A DNA stretch of 64,000 bases, from positions 682,001-746,000 of the forward strand of contig OZ237750.1 of assembly GCA_965178125.1 (NCBI GenBank), read 5' to 3'. The stretch is from Bilabrum cf. latius (Eukaryota). Below the pieces are notes generated by a model, which ran no database searches, had not been told where the DNA came from, and saw only the letters and a program-made list of their open reading frames with translations. Of the stretch, positions 13,875 through 25,515 are shown piece after piece; within the stretch, counting starts at the first letter, position 1; every line of letters starts with the position of its first letter. The position numbers were made by a program, and so were the translations under genes.

Positions 13875-14049
13875 GGGACTCGGTCGCAAATGTGCATGCA
13901 GTTTCTCTTAAATGACCGCATTGTTTATTCTATCATCCAGCTTGGAGCAGTGAGCGGCGCATTGACCATGGCAGTGGAAGTCGTGGTTCGGCTGCTATTC
14001 GGAGTCCGAATCAGATTCTCCTCTCTTCAGCCCATCATTGGTTCCAGCA

Positions 14050-16326
14050 ATGGCAGGTTCTAAGAGGTCACTTGACTCTGCAGAAGCTAGTTCAATTGCT
14101 ACGTCACTATCACCCGACGATGTTCGTGCAGCCTGTATTTAGAGACAATTGCTGTGCGAAGCTTGTGGCCTGCCCAGCTTTTCGAAACTTGTGCGATTTT
14201 GCTTTGTTCGTGTGGTCGTAAACCCCAAAGAAGGACCAGTATTGCTTCCTATTATTGGGTTGGGAAGGCCGCTGCTAAAGCCGTACGCATTGCCTGGCTT
14301 GAGCGCATCTACTCGAAACACTCTTCGGTTGGCGCTTGGACGCGCATCAAAGCGACCACACGTCGATATCAAGGTTGCACAAGCGTCTAACTCATTACCA
14401 TCATTACATGAATTACAGGCTGCGGCTCAAAGCAGCGTACTGGCTGAGATGCGTTGGGAGAAGGACGCAGTGCGTCGGGCTGCCATTGAGCGAGAGAGGA
14501 TTGTGCGGGACGCCCGCAGTGGGCGATCTTCAGAAGTTGATGGCACAGTGTGGGGAAGCTCTACATTGCATAAAAGTGCTGTACTCTTTCGGAGCTGGGT
14601 TGCAGAGCCTGGTCTAGTCTAGGGATCGGCAAAGCGATGGCAAGCCCAGCTGGATGGCGGAGACGCGGTAGGACCAGCCAAGGAATCCTCCGCGGAGGCT
14701 GACTACTTCAAGGTTTGTCTGGCAGAAATGGCGCCCTCCGGATTCAACTTTGGTACTGGTCCGTCCAGATGGCGAGAAAAATGGCGTGGAGAGTTCAGTT
14801 TTCTCATGTAGTAGCGAGCCCACGGGCCCGGGGCTGGTGGCGATGCACGGGTTGTGCTGGAGACGCCCTGTCTGCCCGCCCACAATGTATATGACGAGGC
14901 CCAGCCAGAAATTACTGCTTGGAGAGTTGTGCGTAAGGTAGTGGGCGACCACGTCTCCCTGGCTGCGTTCCGCAACTCCATCGTGTGCCACTATGACTGC
15001 CAGCTTGGATCTAACGGCACAGCGGTGGACGGGAGTGCGGCTGCCTCGTCTGCGTCCGCTGCTGGTGCGATTCGCCCTGCATAGACCGTGCATGAGCCGC
15101 CGTCTACTAAAGCCGGCTCAACACGGAGCTTTCGGGGATGCTACTAGTTATTCGTTGTCGATGCGGACACGATGGCGAGGCAGACGGCATCTACCATGGT
15201 ACCAGGCTCGACAACCGAGAGTCGCACTGCCCACCAGCAAGCGCTCGACCGCCTTTGTCCTAACAGCTCGTCTCCCGGCGTGCTTGGGCTGGGGGCCTTG
15301 CATAGCATGGCAAGTGGAGAGGGAGCGGGCCCGCGGTCGGCCTCGTCTTCGCAACGCGAGCCAGCGGCAAAGCACAGGCGAGTTGAACCGTCTAGCGCTG
15401 TACTGGAGTGGGTCTCCGAGTCGGACCTCAGGAGACTTGTGCCACCCGATACCTTGGATATCCTCGGCTCGAGAGGGAAGATTCTTGCGGCGTAGGGAAC
15501 AGACCCCACCGGCTCAAAGTCATCGTCCTCGGCCTCAGCAGGGAGTGCCGAAACCTCTGAATCCAAGGGCACAGGTTCTGGATCCGGCTCGGCAGCAGCA
15601 GATGCGCCTTCTCGCATCGGCGGGGATTTCTCACGCGCTCTGCAGCTCCTTCGAGGCGACCACGCAGACAGCGTCGGCAAGTTTCTCCCCTGCCGACGAG
15701 GCTGCGTTGTGCGGCTTTACCATGGCACCAAGCTATCTTTAGCGAGGCAGCTGCACAAGGAGGGATTCCGCAGGCCCATGTGCAGGAACCTGCCGGCTTG
15801 CAGAGGTGAAATACCCCCGCGAGATGCAGGAGGGCCTTGTCGCTGCCAGATGGAAGGCTTCGGCGTGTATTTTGGCAGGAAAGACAAGGCGATGAAGTTT
15901 GCCACGAGGAGGGCAGAGTTCGACAAGGAACGCGGGTGCAACGTGGGGGCCGTCATTGTCGCCGACGTGGATTTGGGCTACTGCAAACCCGCGCTGCCCG
16001 AGCCTTGTCCATGCGGTTGCGGGCTCAAATACGTGGACCACCTAGGATCGTGGTACTCGCGCGATGGGTACGACGCACTGTACGTTTCCGATGATTCGAT
16101 GCCCGCGTCTGCCACTGCTGAGTGGTGCGTCGCAGATCCGGCTCGAATCAATATTGTCCGCGTTGAGGAGGTGGTGACAGCCGAGGCCGCTTCGGGAGAT
16201 AGCGGCATCGCCCAGACGACTGCATCAGAGGCACGAACGGGAGGTACCGATGGTGGGCCTAGCAGCTCGCCATCGCTAGACTACGATGCGGTGATGCGCG
16301 GTGGCGCAGTGAGTTCGGTTTCTTGA
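14050..16326 (+). CDS. 758-aa protein with C-terminal PARP-fold (Gig2-like) ADP-ribosyltransferase domain
   Basis: Single frame from ATG 14050 to TGA 16324, with TAG at 14140, 14620, 14809, 14812, 15082, 15145 and 15493. C-terminal motifs LYHGT..EGF..GFGVYF..W..DGYDALY..EWCVADPARI. Confidence 0.8.
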
Positions 16327-16500
16327 GAGTGTGTTTACAGGTATTCGTATCGGTCCACGAGCATTAGAATCCTGCTTGTCGAAGCACATGTTCGATGCGG
16401 CCAGCTACCTCTGCCCATGCCACTCCTGGACACATCCGGATTCCGGATCAGTTTGACTCCAGCTCCGGTCGGTCTCTGAAATTAGCTGGTCTCAATCTCC

Positions 16501-19500
16501 TTAATCAGATTCGCTGCTTCCATCTGAATCCAGCCCGCCGTGCAGCCACACGTCTTGAGGTGCCTGCCACAAGCCGTTGGCGTCCATCACTGAGGCCGTT
16601 GACCCTACAATAGAGCTCTGAGAGGCCTCGCTCCAAGAGCTCCTGCCACGCAAACACCGCCCCGGTTCTTTTTGCGCGTCACGTGTTCCACGCATGGGCG
16701 GGGCTTCAGCACCGCTGCTACCAAATGGCATGTTGTGGAGCACCACAGCTCTAGCGCCATCATCCAGCAGGGGCTCGCCGCCACTGTGCATCGACCCGAT
16801 GCTGTTCTGCCGCACCAGCTCGCCCCACGCGAACGACTCATCACCAAGCTCACCTCCAGCCCCAGTTGTCCAAGGTGAGGCGGGCGACTGGCTCCCGTCT
16901 CCGGCTTGCAACATGGCACTGGCTCGGGGTGTAAGTCGCCGGATGGACATGCGCGGCCCGCCCATCGCCCTCCGTTGCGGATTTGCTTGCGCTGCGAACG
17001 GCTTTCTGGCATCCTCCACCCGCTCATCCTCCTCCGAGTCATCCGTGGGGGCGGCTCTGTCATCTTGCGTATTCGCACCTTGACCATCGTGCACCTCTGG
17101 CGTTGGCGAAGGTCGACTTGGAGCAGCTGGCTTGATCGGCGGTGGTGGTGCCATACTCTGTCGGCTGGTTGCTGCTGTGGACTTCACTCCTCCAGACGCA
17201 AGCTACTTCTGCTCTGGCGCTTCTTCCATCCACAACTGCAGTGGAGAGGGCACATCTGCGGTAGATGACGGCGATGTCTGGGCCGGGGTGGCCCGTCCAT
17301 CCGCGTGTCGGAGTGTCCGCGTCAGTGTTGCAGGAGAGGCCGGAAGAACATGCTGCATCTGGGTCGCTACGCTCTCTTCCGCTGCAATCTAAAGCTATCC
17401 CGGTGGTGCAGTGGGTTTCCGCTTCAAAGCCGGGGGCGCTAGAGGATGGCCGTCGCGCTCCTGTGGTTCGTCCAGTACGATGGGCATCGATGGCTTGCGC
17501 TTCAGCTTAGGAGGAGGCGGCACTTCAGCCCCGCTTGGAGGCAGTGATGGCTTTCGCTTGGCCTTTGGTGGCGGTGGAGCACTACCCTAGGTGGTCGACG
17601 GCGGCGAAGGTCGTGACGATAGACGGGTTTGCGACACGGGCGGAGACAGGGGCAGCAGTGTTGCTGAGCAAAGCGCAGCTGTAGTGGGAGCGGTGTCTGA
17701 AGCAACTTGAGCAAGCCTGCTTGGCCTGCGCTTCCCGTCGGGGGGAGGCCTTGGCCTGTGGTGCAAGTCCCGCCTATCCCTCCGATCTAGTATCTCCTTG
17801 GCAGCTGACCTGCTGCTTGGTGTCTCCTTGGCAGCCGACCTGCTGCTTGGTGTCTCCTTGGCAGCCGACCTGCTGCTTGGTGGAACAGGCTGTCGCTGCT
17901 GCTAAGGCACCGTTGCAGCCGATCCGATTGGCGAAAGATCTGCCGTCCGGGGCGCTCCCAGCGAATGAATAAGCCCCTTTGAAGCGCCTTTCGTTGCAGT
18001 GCTACTCCTGCTTGGGATAGTAGTGACTGCATTGGGCGGACTGGCTGCCTGCAGCTGCAATGGCTGCCTCACTGCAGTAGGGACACGCGGGCGACTCACA
18101 GCCTGAGTCCTCTCGAGATCTGCTGAATCACTGCCCATAGGCCTCAAGGAAACGCCGCCAATCTGTGACTCAGACAAGAGCGTGCGAGCCCGCGGTGGAG
18201 CGGGACCCGGGCTATTTTCGCGGTGATGGCTGGCGTCCGGGCCCACCATGGCTGGACCAGGGCCCATGCCTGCAGCAAGCTCCTCGTCCTGCTCCACAAC
18301 CCGGATGCGTTTGATTGCGGGGCGGACCGAACTCGGGTGATTGTAGCTGGGGAACTTCTGGCCGGCAATCAAGGGCAGCAGTGGCACGAGTCCCATGGCT
18401 GCCAGGTCGCTCATGCTTCCGGTGCATGCTTCCGGTGCACCGTGCGGCTGTGGCCGAGCCATTAGCTGACTTGCTGCATCCGTATGCGCTGCGTGATTTT
18501 TCTCCGGTATGTCAGATACAATGCCATGATCGCCGTGATGCCTGCGCTGCGGTGCCTTCTGCCAGCCTAGACGGGTGCTTCGCTGGGAGCCTGGTCGAGC
18601 AGTCGTCGATAGGCCCTTTCTAACGTGAGAGAATTCCCACTGAGAGCTACCGTCAGCCCTGAATCGCTGTTGCCTGGCCGCCTTCCAGAGTGTACTGGAC
18701 AGGGCTCGGACAACAGCGTCTCTTGCGGTGCGGCTGTTCACCTGCAGGTCAGACGCGCTCCATGACCGCTGCACAGCGCCTGCTTCGGCCTCTTGGACAA
18801 TCGCAGCATCGGAACTTCCATTCGGAGAGCCACTCTAGAAATACTGCTGGCCGCTGGTACGGCTGTCTGCAGTGCCGGGAACGCTGAGCCTTGTGCCTGC
18901 TGAAGAGTGCGCAAATTGCGCCTGTGTCTGGCTGCTACCTGCACCTGCATCAGGTGTAGGCTGCAAGGTGGTGTGATCCCGTGTGCCGAACTCACGGATG
19001 CTTGTTAAATCCTACAGGACGGGTTTCCAGCCCGAGGTTTCAACTTCCTCTGCAGCAGCAGCAGCAGCAGCACTCATCACGATGCCGGGGTGGGACGAGG
19101 AGGAAGGCCTCCGGGAGGCGCCCGAGCGATCGGGCATCACCGGCATGCGTCGCTTCCCTCGAGTCGTGCTCGTCGCTTGGGCTGAACGGACAGGTGGCAT
19201 GTGGTGCGACTAATCCGCGACCTTCTCATCCCTGCCGCACATCTCGGCCAACAAAACATACACGTCAGTCGGCTTGCCCCCTGGCCGAGATCCCTTAGGC
19301 TTGGGGTAGGCCTGGGCAAGTGCATGCGAGGGTTGCCTGGGTTGTGGTGCAACTGTCTCAACTGGCGTATATCCATAAGAACTGTCACCATTTGCTTGCT
19401 ACCACTTGCGATTCTCGCTAAATTCACGCTGCAATTGCTGTGACAACTCGCGAGGCGTACCGCCGATTCGACCGGCCAACGCATACGGAAGTGGCTGCCA

Positions 19501-19668
19501 TCGTTGGTCGGACTGCTTTGTAGAAACGGATACTTGCTGCAATCCTGGGCTTGGATCTAGCGTTCGTTTGACGAATTTCTTGCTCTCAAATAGTTCATCA
19601 TTGGCTGAATTCGGACGTCTCGCGCCAGTTGGTCGCTGAATTTGCTGTGGGGTAGGCGCTATTGCCAT
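16501..19668 (-). CDS. Pro/Ser-rich low-complexity hypothetical protein (~1055 aa)
   Basis: One frame from ATG 19666-19668 to TAA 16501-16503, interrupted only by 9 TAG (19399, 19210, 19012, 18835, 17902, 17587, 17395, 17389, 17203). Confidence 0.75.
17791..17880. repeat. 30-bp tandem repeat x3 (coding, PSSRSAAKET)
   Basis: Three near-identical copies of tgtctccttggcagccgacctgctgcttgg, in frame within the minus-strand gene. Confidence 0.9.
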
Positions 19669-20002
19669 CGAGCCGAATCTGGATTCAATCGGATGATGGT
19701 TTTGCGGTTCAGCCAGCACCCGAGATTCTAGACAATATCGAGATGGTTTCGATTGCGAAACCAAGGAGATTGCTGACTCATATCGCTTTCTCCCCGCTCT
19801 CAATCCAGCCTCAATAGAAGTTAGCTAATCGTTCAATGAAACCATTGCACACAATCGCTTCAATTCCGCAAGATTCTGCCTTGGCAGAAATCTGAAACGG
19901 ACAGACAGTCGGAATGCACAAGAGTGCAGTGCACTTTCCGAACAAGGCCGCGGTGCTGCGGTGCTCGCTGCAGGAGCTGCGTGCTGGGTGTTCTTTGCGT
20001 TG

Positions 20003-20096
20003 CAACTCCCTTCGGATGCACCTTTGGGGGCGATGTATTCTGTCGACATCCATCACTTCGTCCGACCAACCCTCCGGATGCACCTCTGGGGGCGAT
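20003..20096. repeat. Intergenic ~30-bp imperfect direct repeat, two copies
   Basis: caactcccttcggatgcacctttgggggcgat (20003-20034) and caaccctccggatgcacctctgggggcgat (20067-20096). Confidence 0.75.
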
Positions 20097-20220
20097 TAGA
20101 TCTAGTGGGCCTGAGTAGCCTACCCCTTGAGTCTACCCCTTGGACTGCCTGCAGCCTGATAGCTTCGTTTCGAGCAATTTACAGCCATCGATTTGCACCA
20201 AATTACCGGGCAGTTGCAAG

Positions 20221-21370
20221 TCAAGTCGTAGCTGCGCTGCTATCGGCTAGATTTACCTACGCACCACCAGGGGAATCCGAGCATCGGCTGGTCGCGCCGC
20301 TGTCTTCGGGCGCTGCAGTCACGTCCAAGCCAAGCACACACTTCAGTTTAGCCATGTGCACAGCAGGAAGCTCTCTATCCAACGCACCGACCAAATCCTT
20401 CAGAGTCTCGAGCTCCTTGGAGACGGCCCCGGACAGGCGTGCCTCCGAGTCCTCGTTCTCAGACTGAATGTGGAGGCATACCACCGCCCTAGGACTAGGC
20501 TCACCGCCTGATTCCGACGCAGCATGCCCTTCGGAGCTGTTTTTCATGCACAGGCCTCCCCCTCGCTGGCCCTCCACTGGGGCTTGGTGCAAGCCAACCG
20601 AGAAGAAGGACACAAATCCGTCACCGTCATGACAGGTCTGAAACATGGCATTTGCCGGAGAGAAACGGCCGCCATGCATAACTACCGATAGCTCCCTAAG
20701 TTTATTTGGCTCGGGATCGAAAGGAACCCCGCCATCCTTCAGGTCTAGCCAGACAGGCTTGCACCCATGCGCCTCATACACGCCCATTGCCGCCACTGTC
20801 TTTAGCTCCGGCATCTCCATGAAAGGCACATCTGGTCCAAAGCACCAGCAATGATACATCAAGTTGACTTCATCATCATTGGTTGAGATGAACTTCGAGC
20901 TTGGTTGCCGAGGGGCTGTGGGATGGACAGCGACTACAATATCCAGAGCATCGTCCGGGACGTGAGCAACAGCCGCACAGACTTTCTCCGGCATGTTTCC
21001 CCTCAAGGCGCCTGCATTCAACTTAAGCAAAACATACGGCAGACAAGGGGAGTAGTCCTCCCCATATACTCCTAAATGTGGAACCTGCGAAGAGCTTGGT
21101 GTGGTTTGCAGATCTACGGGTCAGCCTGGTGCACTACTCGAAGCCACCAGGACAACTACCCAAGTGTGGAGGTGCTCTCACGCATGGGTAGCCCAGCGTA
21201 TCGAAGCAATCGATTCGATCCTTTGTGCCGTACAGATGAAATGCAGAATCGTGAAACGTGCCAACTGGTGACTTGGACTTCTTCCAAGAAAGCAATTCTG
21301 AAGCGCTCTCTGCATCTGAATGCATTGATTCTGACTTATCAGCTGTGTCATCGCCAGCAACCGCTGCCAT
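20221..21370 (-). CDS. Hypothetical protein, intron-containing
   Basis: Main exon 20221 to about 21010, reading through TAG 20257 to TGA 20221. Upstream exon from ATG 21368-21370 with a GTGAGA donor and a CTGAC..TAG acceptor near 21114. Exact splicing is uncertain. Confidence 0.55.
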
Positions 21371-21484
21371 GACGCAATATGGACAATAGATCTACGTGAG
21401 TTGCCGAAACGCAACAGCCTGAGGTGTGACTAGTGCATCGGATCGGAGTGATCCGATCACGCTACCTAATCTGATCAGTTCATT

Positions 21485-24400
21485 TTACACGCCACCGGTG
21501 CGCACGAGGCCCCTCCTGCGCTGCCCTGCCGCCCCGCTAGTAGGCACACGCACGCCGTGATCTCCAGCGATCACCCGCTCCACCCTGTCGTGCTCGCTCT
21601 AAAGGGCAGCTCGCAAACCCCCAAAGGTGCCAGACCTCGCAGAAGTACCGCCCCGCCCACCCACCCCTTCCCCACGGCGTAACGACCTGCTTCCCAGTAG
21701 CGCGGGCTGCGAGGCGGATCCATGAAGCCGCCGCCCCCCACTTGCACTTGCAGCCCCGTTGGCACCGCCACCGCCACCGCCGCGATTCAACGAGCCAAAC
21801 CCGCTGGACCTGCTACCCCGCCCCAAACCCCCACTCACACCTGCCCCTTCGTCCGCTGCAGGGTGGAACGCACCCTTAGAGCCTACAGCGCCCGTCGCCC
21901 CGAAGCCCCCGCTGCTGGCACTCAGCTGGGCCAGGGCAGAGCCAGGCCTGGCGCCAGGCCCCAGCATACTCTGGGGCGACGCCACCGGCCGCACCACCGG
22001 AGCAGGGGCCCTCGAGGGAACAAGCTCTTCCACAGAGCTGCGCCGACCCGCGCGCCCACCAGCTGCGCTCCCTCTCGAGCCCCGACCCTGTCCCCTGGAG
22101 GATGCAGCCCGCGGTTTGAGCAGCAGCTCAGGGACCTGTCTGCCCCTGGAAGCCAGGGCTTCTCTAAGCTCGGCTTGTTCCTCGGTTTCCGGGGGACGGA
22201 GCCGGACGGGGGAGGCACCCCCGTCTGCCACCGCAGACTATGACCCTCCCTGGCGCTCGGCAGCAGCGGCAGCGGCCGCCTCCTGACTCGGAAGGAGGAC
22301 TGGTGTCCCGTGCACGCTGCCTCGCCGCTTCATTGCCCCGGGCCACGCAGGTGCAGAGTTGAAGGCGGCCGATCCGAACGTTCCGTCGTAGGCCCGTCTC
22401 TCGTACGAATCTCGCCTGGAAACAACCACAGGTGGAGGGGCCTGACGGCTACCACCAAGGTTGGACACGGTCGATCCCACGGGAGACGAGCGGGATCCTC
22501 GCAGGGAAGAGTCAAGCCGGCTGCCACGTGTGCGGAGGTAGGACGCCGAGTGGGACGGACGCAAGGCCTGGCTGCCGGGACCTACCGGCTTTGCCCTGAA
22601 GGAGGGTTTCCTAGTATTCCACTCGTCCCTGAAGACTCGATCGGCTGCAAAGGACGAATACATGGGCGCCCAGTCCTTGGGTTGCGTGTACAGCTCTTTG
22701 CCTTCGTCGTCCAGGTGGTGGTCGTCTTCGTCCTGCTCGGCCAGCGCCCGGTGCTCAAGCAGCGTATCGGTCCACCGCCGTGTGGAGAACCGCTTCGTTG
22801 CGCCCACAGTGGCACCACCGCTTGACGCATTTGGCGGGAGGATATGAACTGCCGACCGTGTGTGGCCGCTCCCGCGCAGGATGGTGTCGCCTGGCCGCCC
22901 GCTGGCAGCAGCAGCCCTTGCATTCGCCCAGTGATCCACCTTGTTTGGCTTCTCTGCGAAGTCTAGGTGCTTTTTCTTGCGATAGGACTCCATGTCCAGC
23001 AGCCGCACGGTCCTCTCTTTAAACTTGAACTCCTTGTCGTCAGGATCTCCCTCCCGCAGTTGCCCGCTGCGCACAACTGGCCGCCCAGTAGTTTCGTCCA
23101 GCCTAGCTCCGCGACGAGCAACAACTCCGGGTCCCGTGGACTTGTCCAGATCGTCTTTTCGATGGCCATCCAGCTCGCTGCCAGCCTACCACGGCCGATC
23201 CACCGCGCTCCGCGGTCGCTGCTGCCTCTGCCTCTCAAACCAAGGCACATCGCCCGCATCTTGCTCCATCGACGGGAGCGGTTTGCCGTGAATGCCCACA
23301 CCAACGGGCCGGCTGTCCTTCTCATTTGCCTCCTTCAGCGTCTATTCCTTCTTTCGCTGCAACAGCTAGGACCTCGACCTAGACAGGTCCCGCAGGCCTG
23401 GCAGCGGTCCCGTCTTCCTCAACGCGTCCTCGTTGTCAGATGCAGGCGAAGGGGCCCTCTCCACCTTCTCGGCCTCGGCACGGTCTCCCGCCGCGCGCAA
23501 CGAGTCCGCGAGTTGCTGTTTCCGTCTTAAACGCAGGAGCTCGGCCCTGCTCTTGGCAGCCCTGGAGCCCTGCAGCCGCTCCACGGGCTGCGAGAACGGC
23601 TTGACGTCGCCGTCCACCATGGGGACATCCGTGAACGTGGGGCTGCCGCGCGCTGCGTCTGCCAAGCCTGCCCCTGCAGGACTCATTGTTGATATAGCCC
23701 GCTGGCGGTCTCCAGCAGTTGTGCGGGAGGCTCCACCGGTGAGTGCCTCGAGGCCATACCTCCTGGCGTACGTGCGGTCCAGTTGCTGGGCCTCCTCCAC
23801 GCGACGAGCGTGTCTAAGCTGGGACCTCGACTTGAGGCCGTGCTTTGCAGCCGTTGCTTTCAGCAGGCCGAACTCGGCGTTTTCGCGCATGGCCTGCTGC
23901 GCCCCCCCGGCGCCCTGGTTGGCATACGGCAGCTTGGCAAGAATCCTGCGGTCCCTGTCCTCCTTGGATTCGTGCTCTCCCCTGTCTCCTCCCGCGCCTG
24001 GCCTCGTGTTCGCGAGGTTGGCCCAGCCGCCCTCTCTGTCATCCGCGAGGACCTCCCCTCTGCGCTGCAGTACCCTATGGTGGGCCGACTGCGCCGAGCC
24101 CGGCTGCACCTTGACAAAGTTGTCGGCGTACCCTGCAGCCATGGCTTCGCACGCTTTTTTCTTCTCGTCGGCGCTGAGCACGCCGGACTAGTCCGTGTCA
24201 AATTGCGACGCAAAGAAGAAGTCCATCTGGCTGACCATGCCGTCGCCGTCCAGGTCGTAAGAGATGTGCGGCCTCATGCGGGCCTTGCGAGCCTGCTTGA
24301 GCTCGGTGTGCGTGCGCAAGGGGGGCTTCTTGCGCCACTGTGCAGGTACTAACGGCGCGTTCGACTTCGTGGAATATAGCCTCGGCTGGCTGTTGCCATG

Positions 24401-24988
24401 GCTCTGCTGTCCAGTTGCGCCCATGCTGCGCGCGACGCCCGCGGTCCGCATGCTCGGGCTGGAGGTGGCCTATCCGTCAGCACCGGCATCCAGCATCGCT
24501 GTGCCGGTGGCACGAAACGTGGCATCGTCTAAGCCCCGTGAGTTGCGCATAGAAGAAGATGTCTTGATCCGGTCGGCAAGCGATGCCGCCTTTGTGCCTG
24601 TCCGGCGCATGGGCGAACCCAGCAGCGGCTGGCTTTGAGTCGCGACCAGGGAGGAGTTTGCCAGCTGCATGCTGGCGCTCAGATCAGGCTCCGGGTGCCA
24701 CATTCCTGGCATTCCTTTCCGTACGCGAATCCCAGACCCCGACTTGTGTTTTGGTAACTGCCTGCCCATCGTGTCAAACTTGGGCGGCAAGTGGCCCTCG
24801 ATGCTGCCGCCAGCACGAACTTCAGGCGGCTCAGCTGCTGACATAGGACGAGCATCATCATCCGCCACATATGCACTCGGAGCTTGAAACGATGATACGG
24901 TAGCTTTAAGCGTATCAAAGTCACGAACGGGATCAACTCGATGCCCAACCGAGTGCTTCGGCTCTTTATGTCTTGGGGCTCCCTCCAT
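21485..24988 (-). CDS. EF-hand-containing protein (~1167 aa)
   Basis: One frame from ATG 24986-24988 to TAA 21485, with TAG at 24470, 24188, 23366, 23342, 23186, 22238 and 21599. Paired EF-hand loops DLDGDGMVSQMD and DTD[TAG]SGVLSADE. Confidence 0.8.
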
Positions 24989-25515
24989 CACAATTGATAC
25001 GCAATGATTTGCAGTTTCGGCGCCAAATAATGCAGATTGGGGTTATTGATATTGGGAAATGAGATTGCAAATACCGCGATAAAGGCCGTTGTTGCAAGAA
25101 TCCGTTCGCGAAAGCGGTTGTAACCATTTAGTTGGGTTACAACCGCTTTCTCGAACGAAACGGATCGATCCAATTTCTGCCGGCCGAGGCCGCAGCAACA
25201 ACACTATCGCCTAAATTAATCAAAATACCATGGACTTTTATGGTGGCGGCAGCCAAAGTGTGAGTTGCTATATCGAGGCACCGATGCATACCACAGGCAT
25301 TGGCGCGCAATCGAAACTGCAGCATTAGACCGATTTGATGACAATTTTACGGCGATAAATCTTTACGACATGCGTTCTTTCTCGTTTTTGTTCCGTCGCA
25401 GTATGATGTGGAAAACTCCGGATCGAGACTTCCGTCCGCGGCACGCCCTAGGGCCGCTGCGGTTGGCAGAGCGACTGGGACGGTCTCTCGTTTCGAGTCT
25501 GGCCTCGGGACCACA
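24989..25515. promoter_or_regulatory. Probable bidirectional promoter region
   Basis: AT-richer 527-bp gap between the divergently oriented EF-hand and dynein genes. No specific motif identified. Confidence 0.4.
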
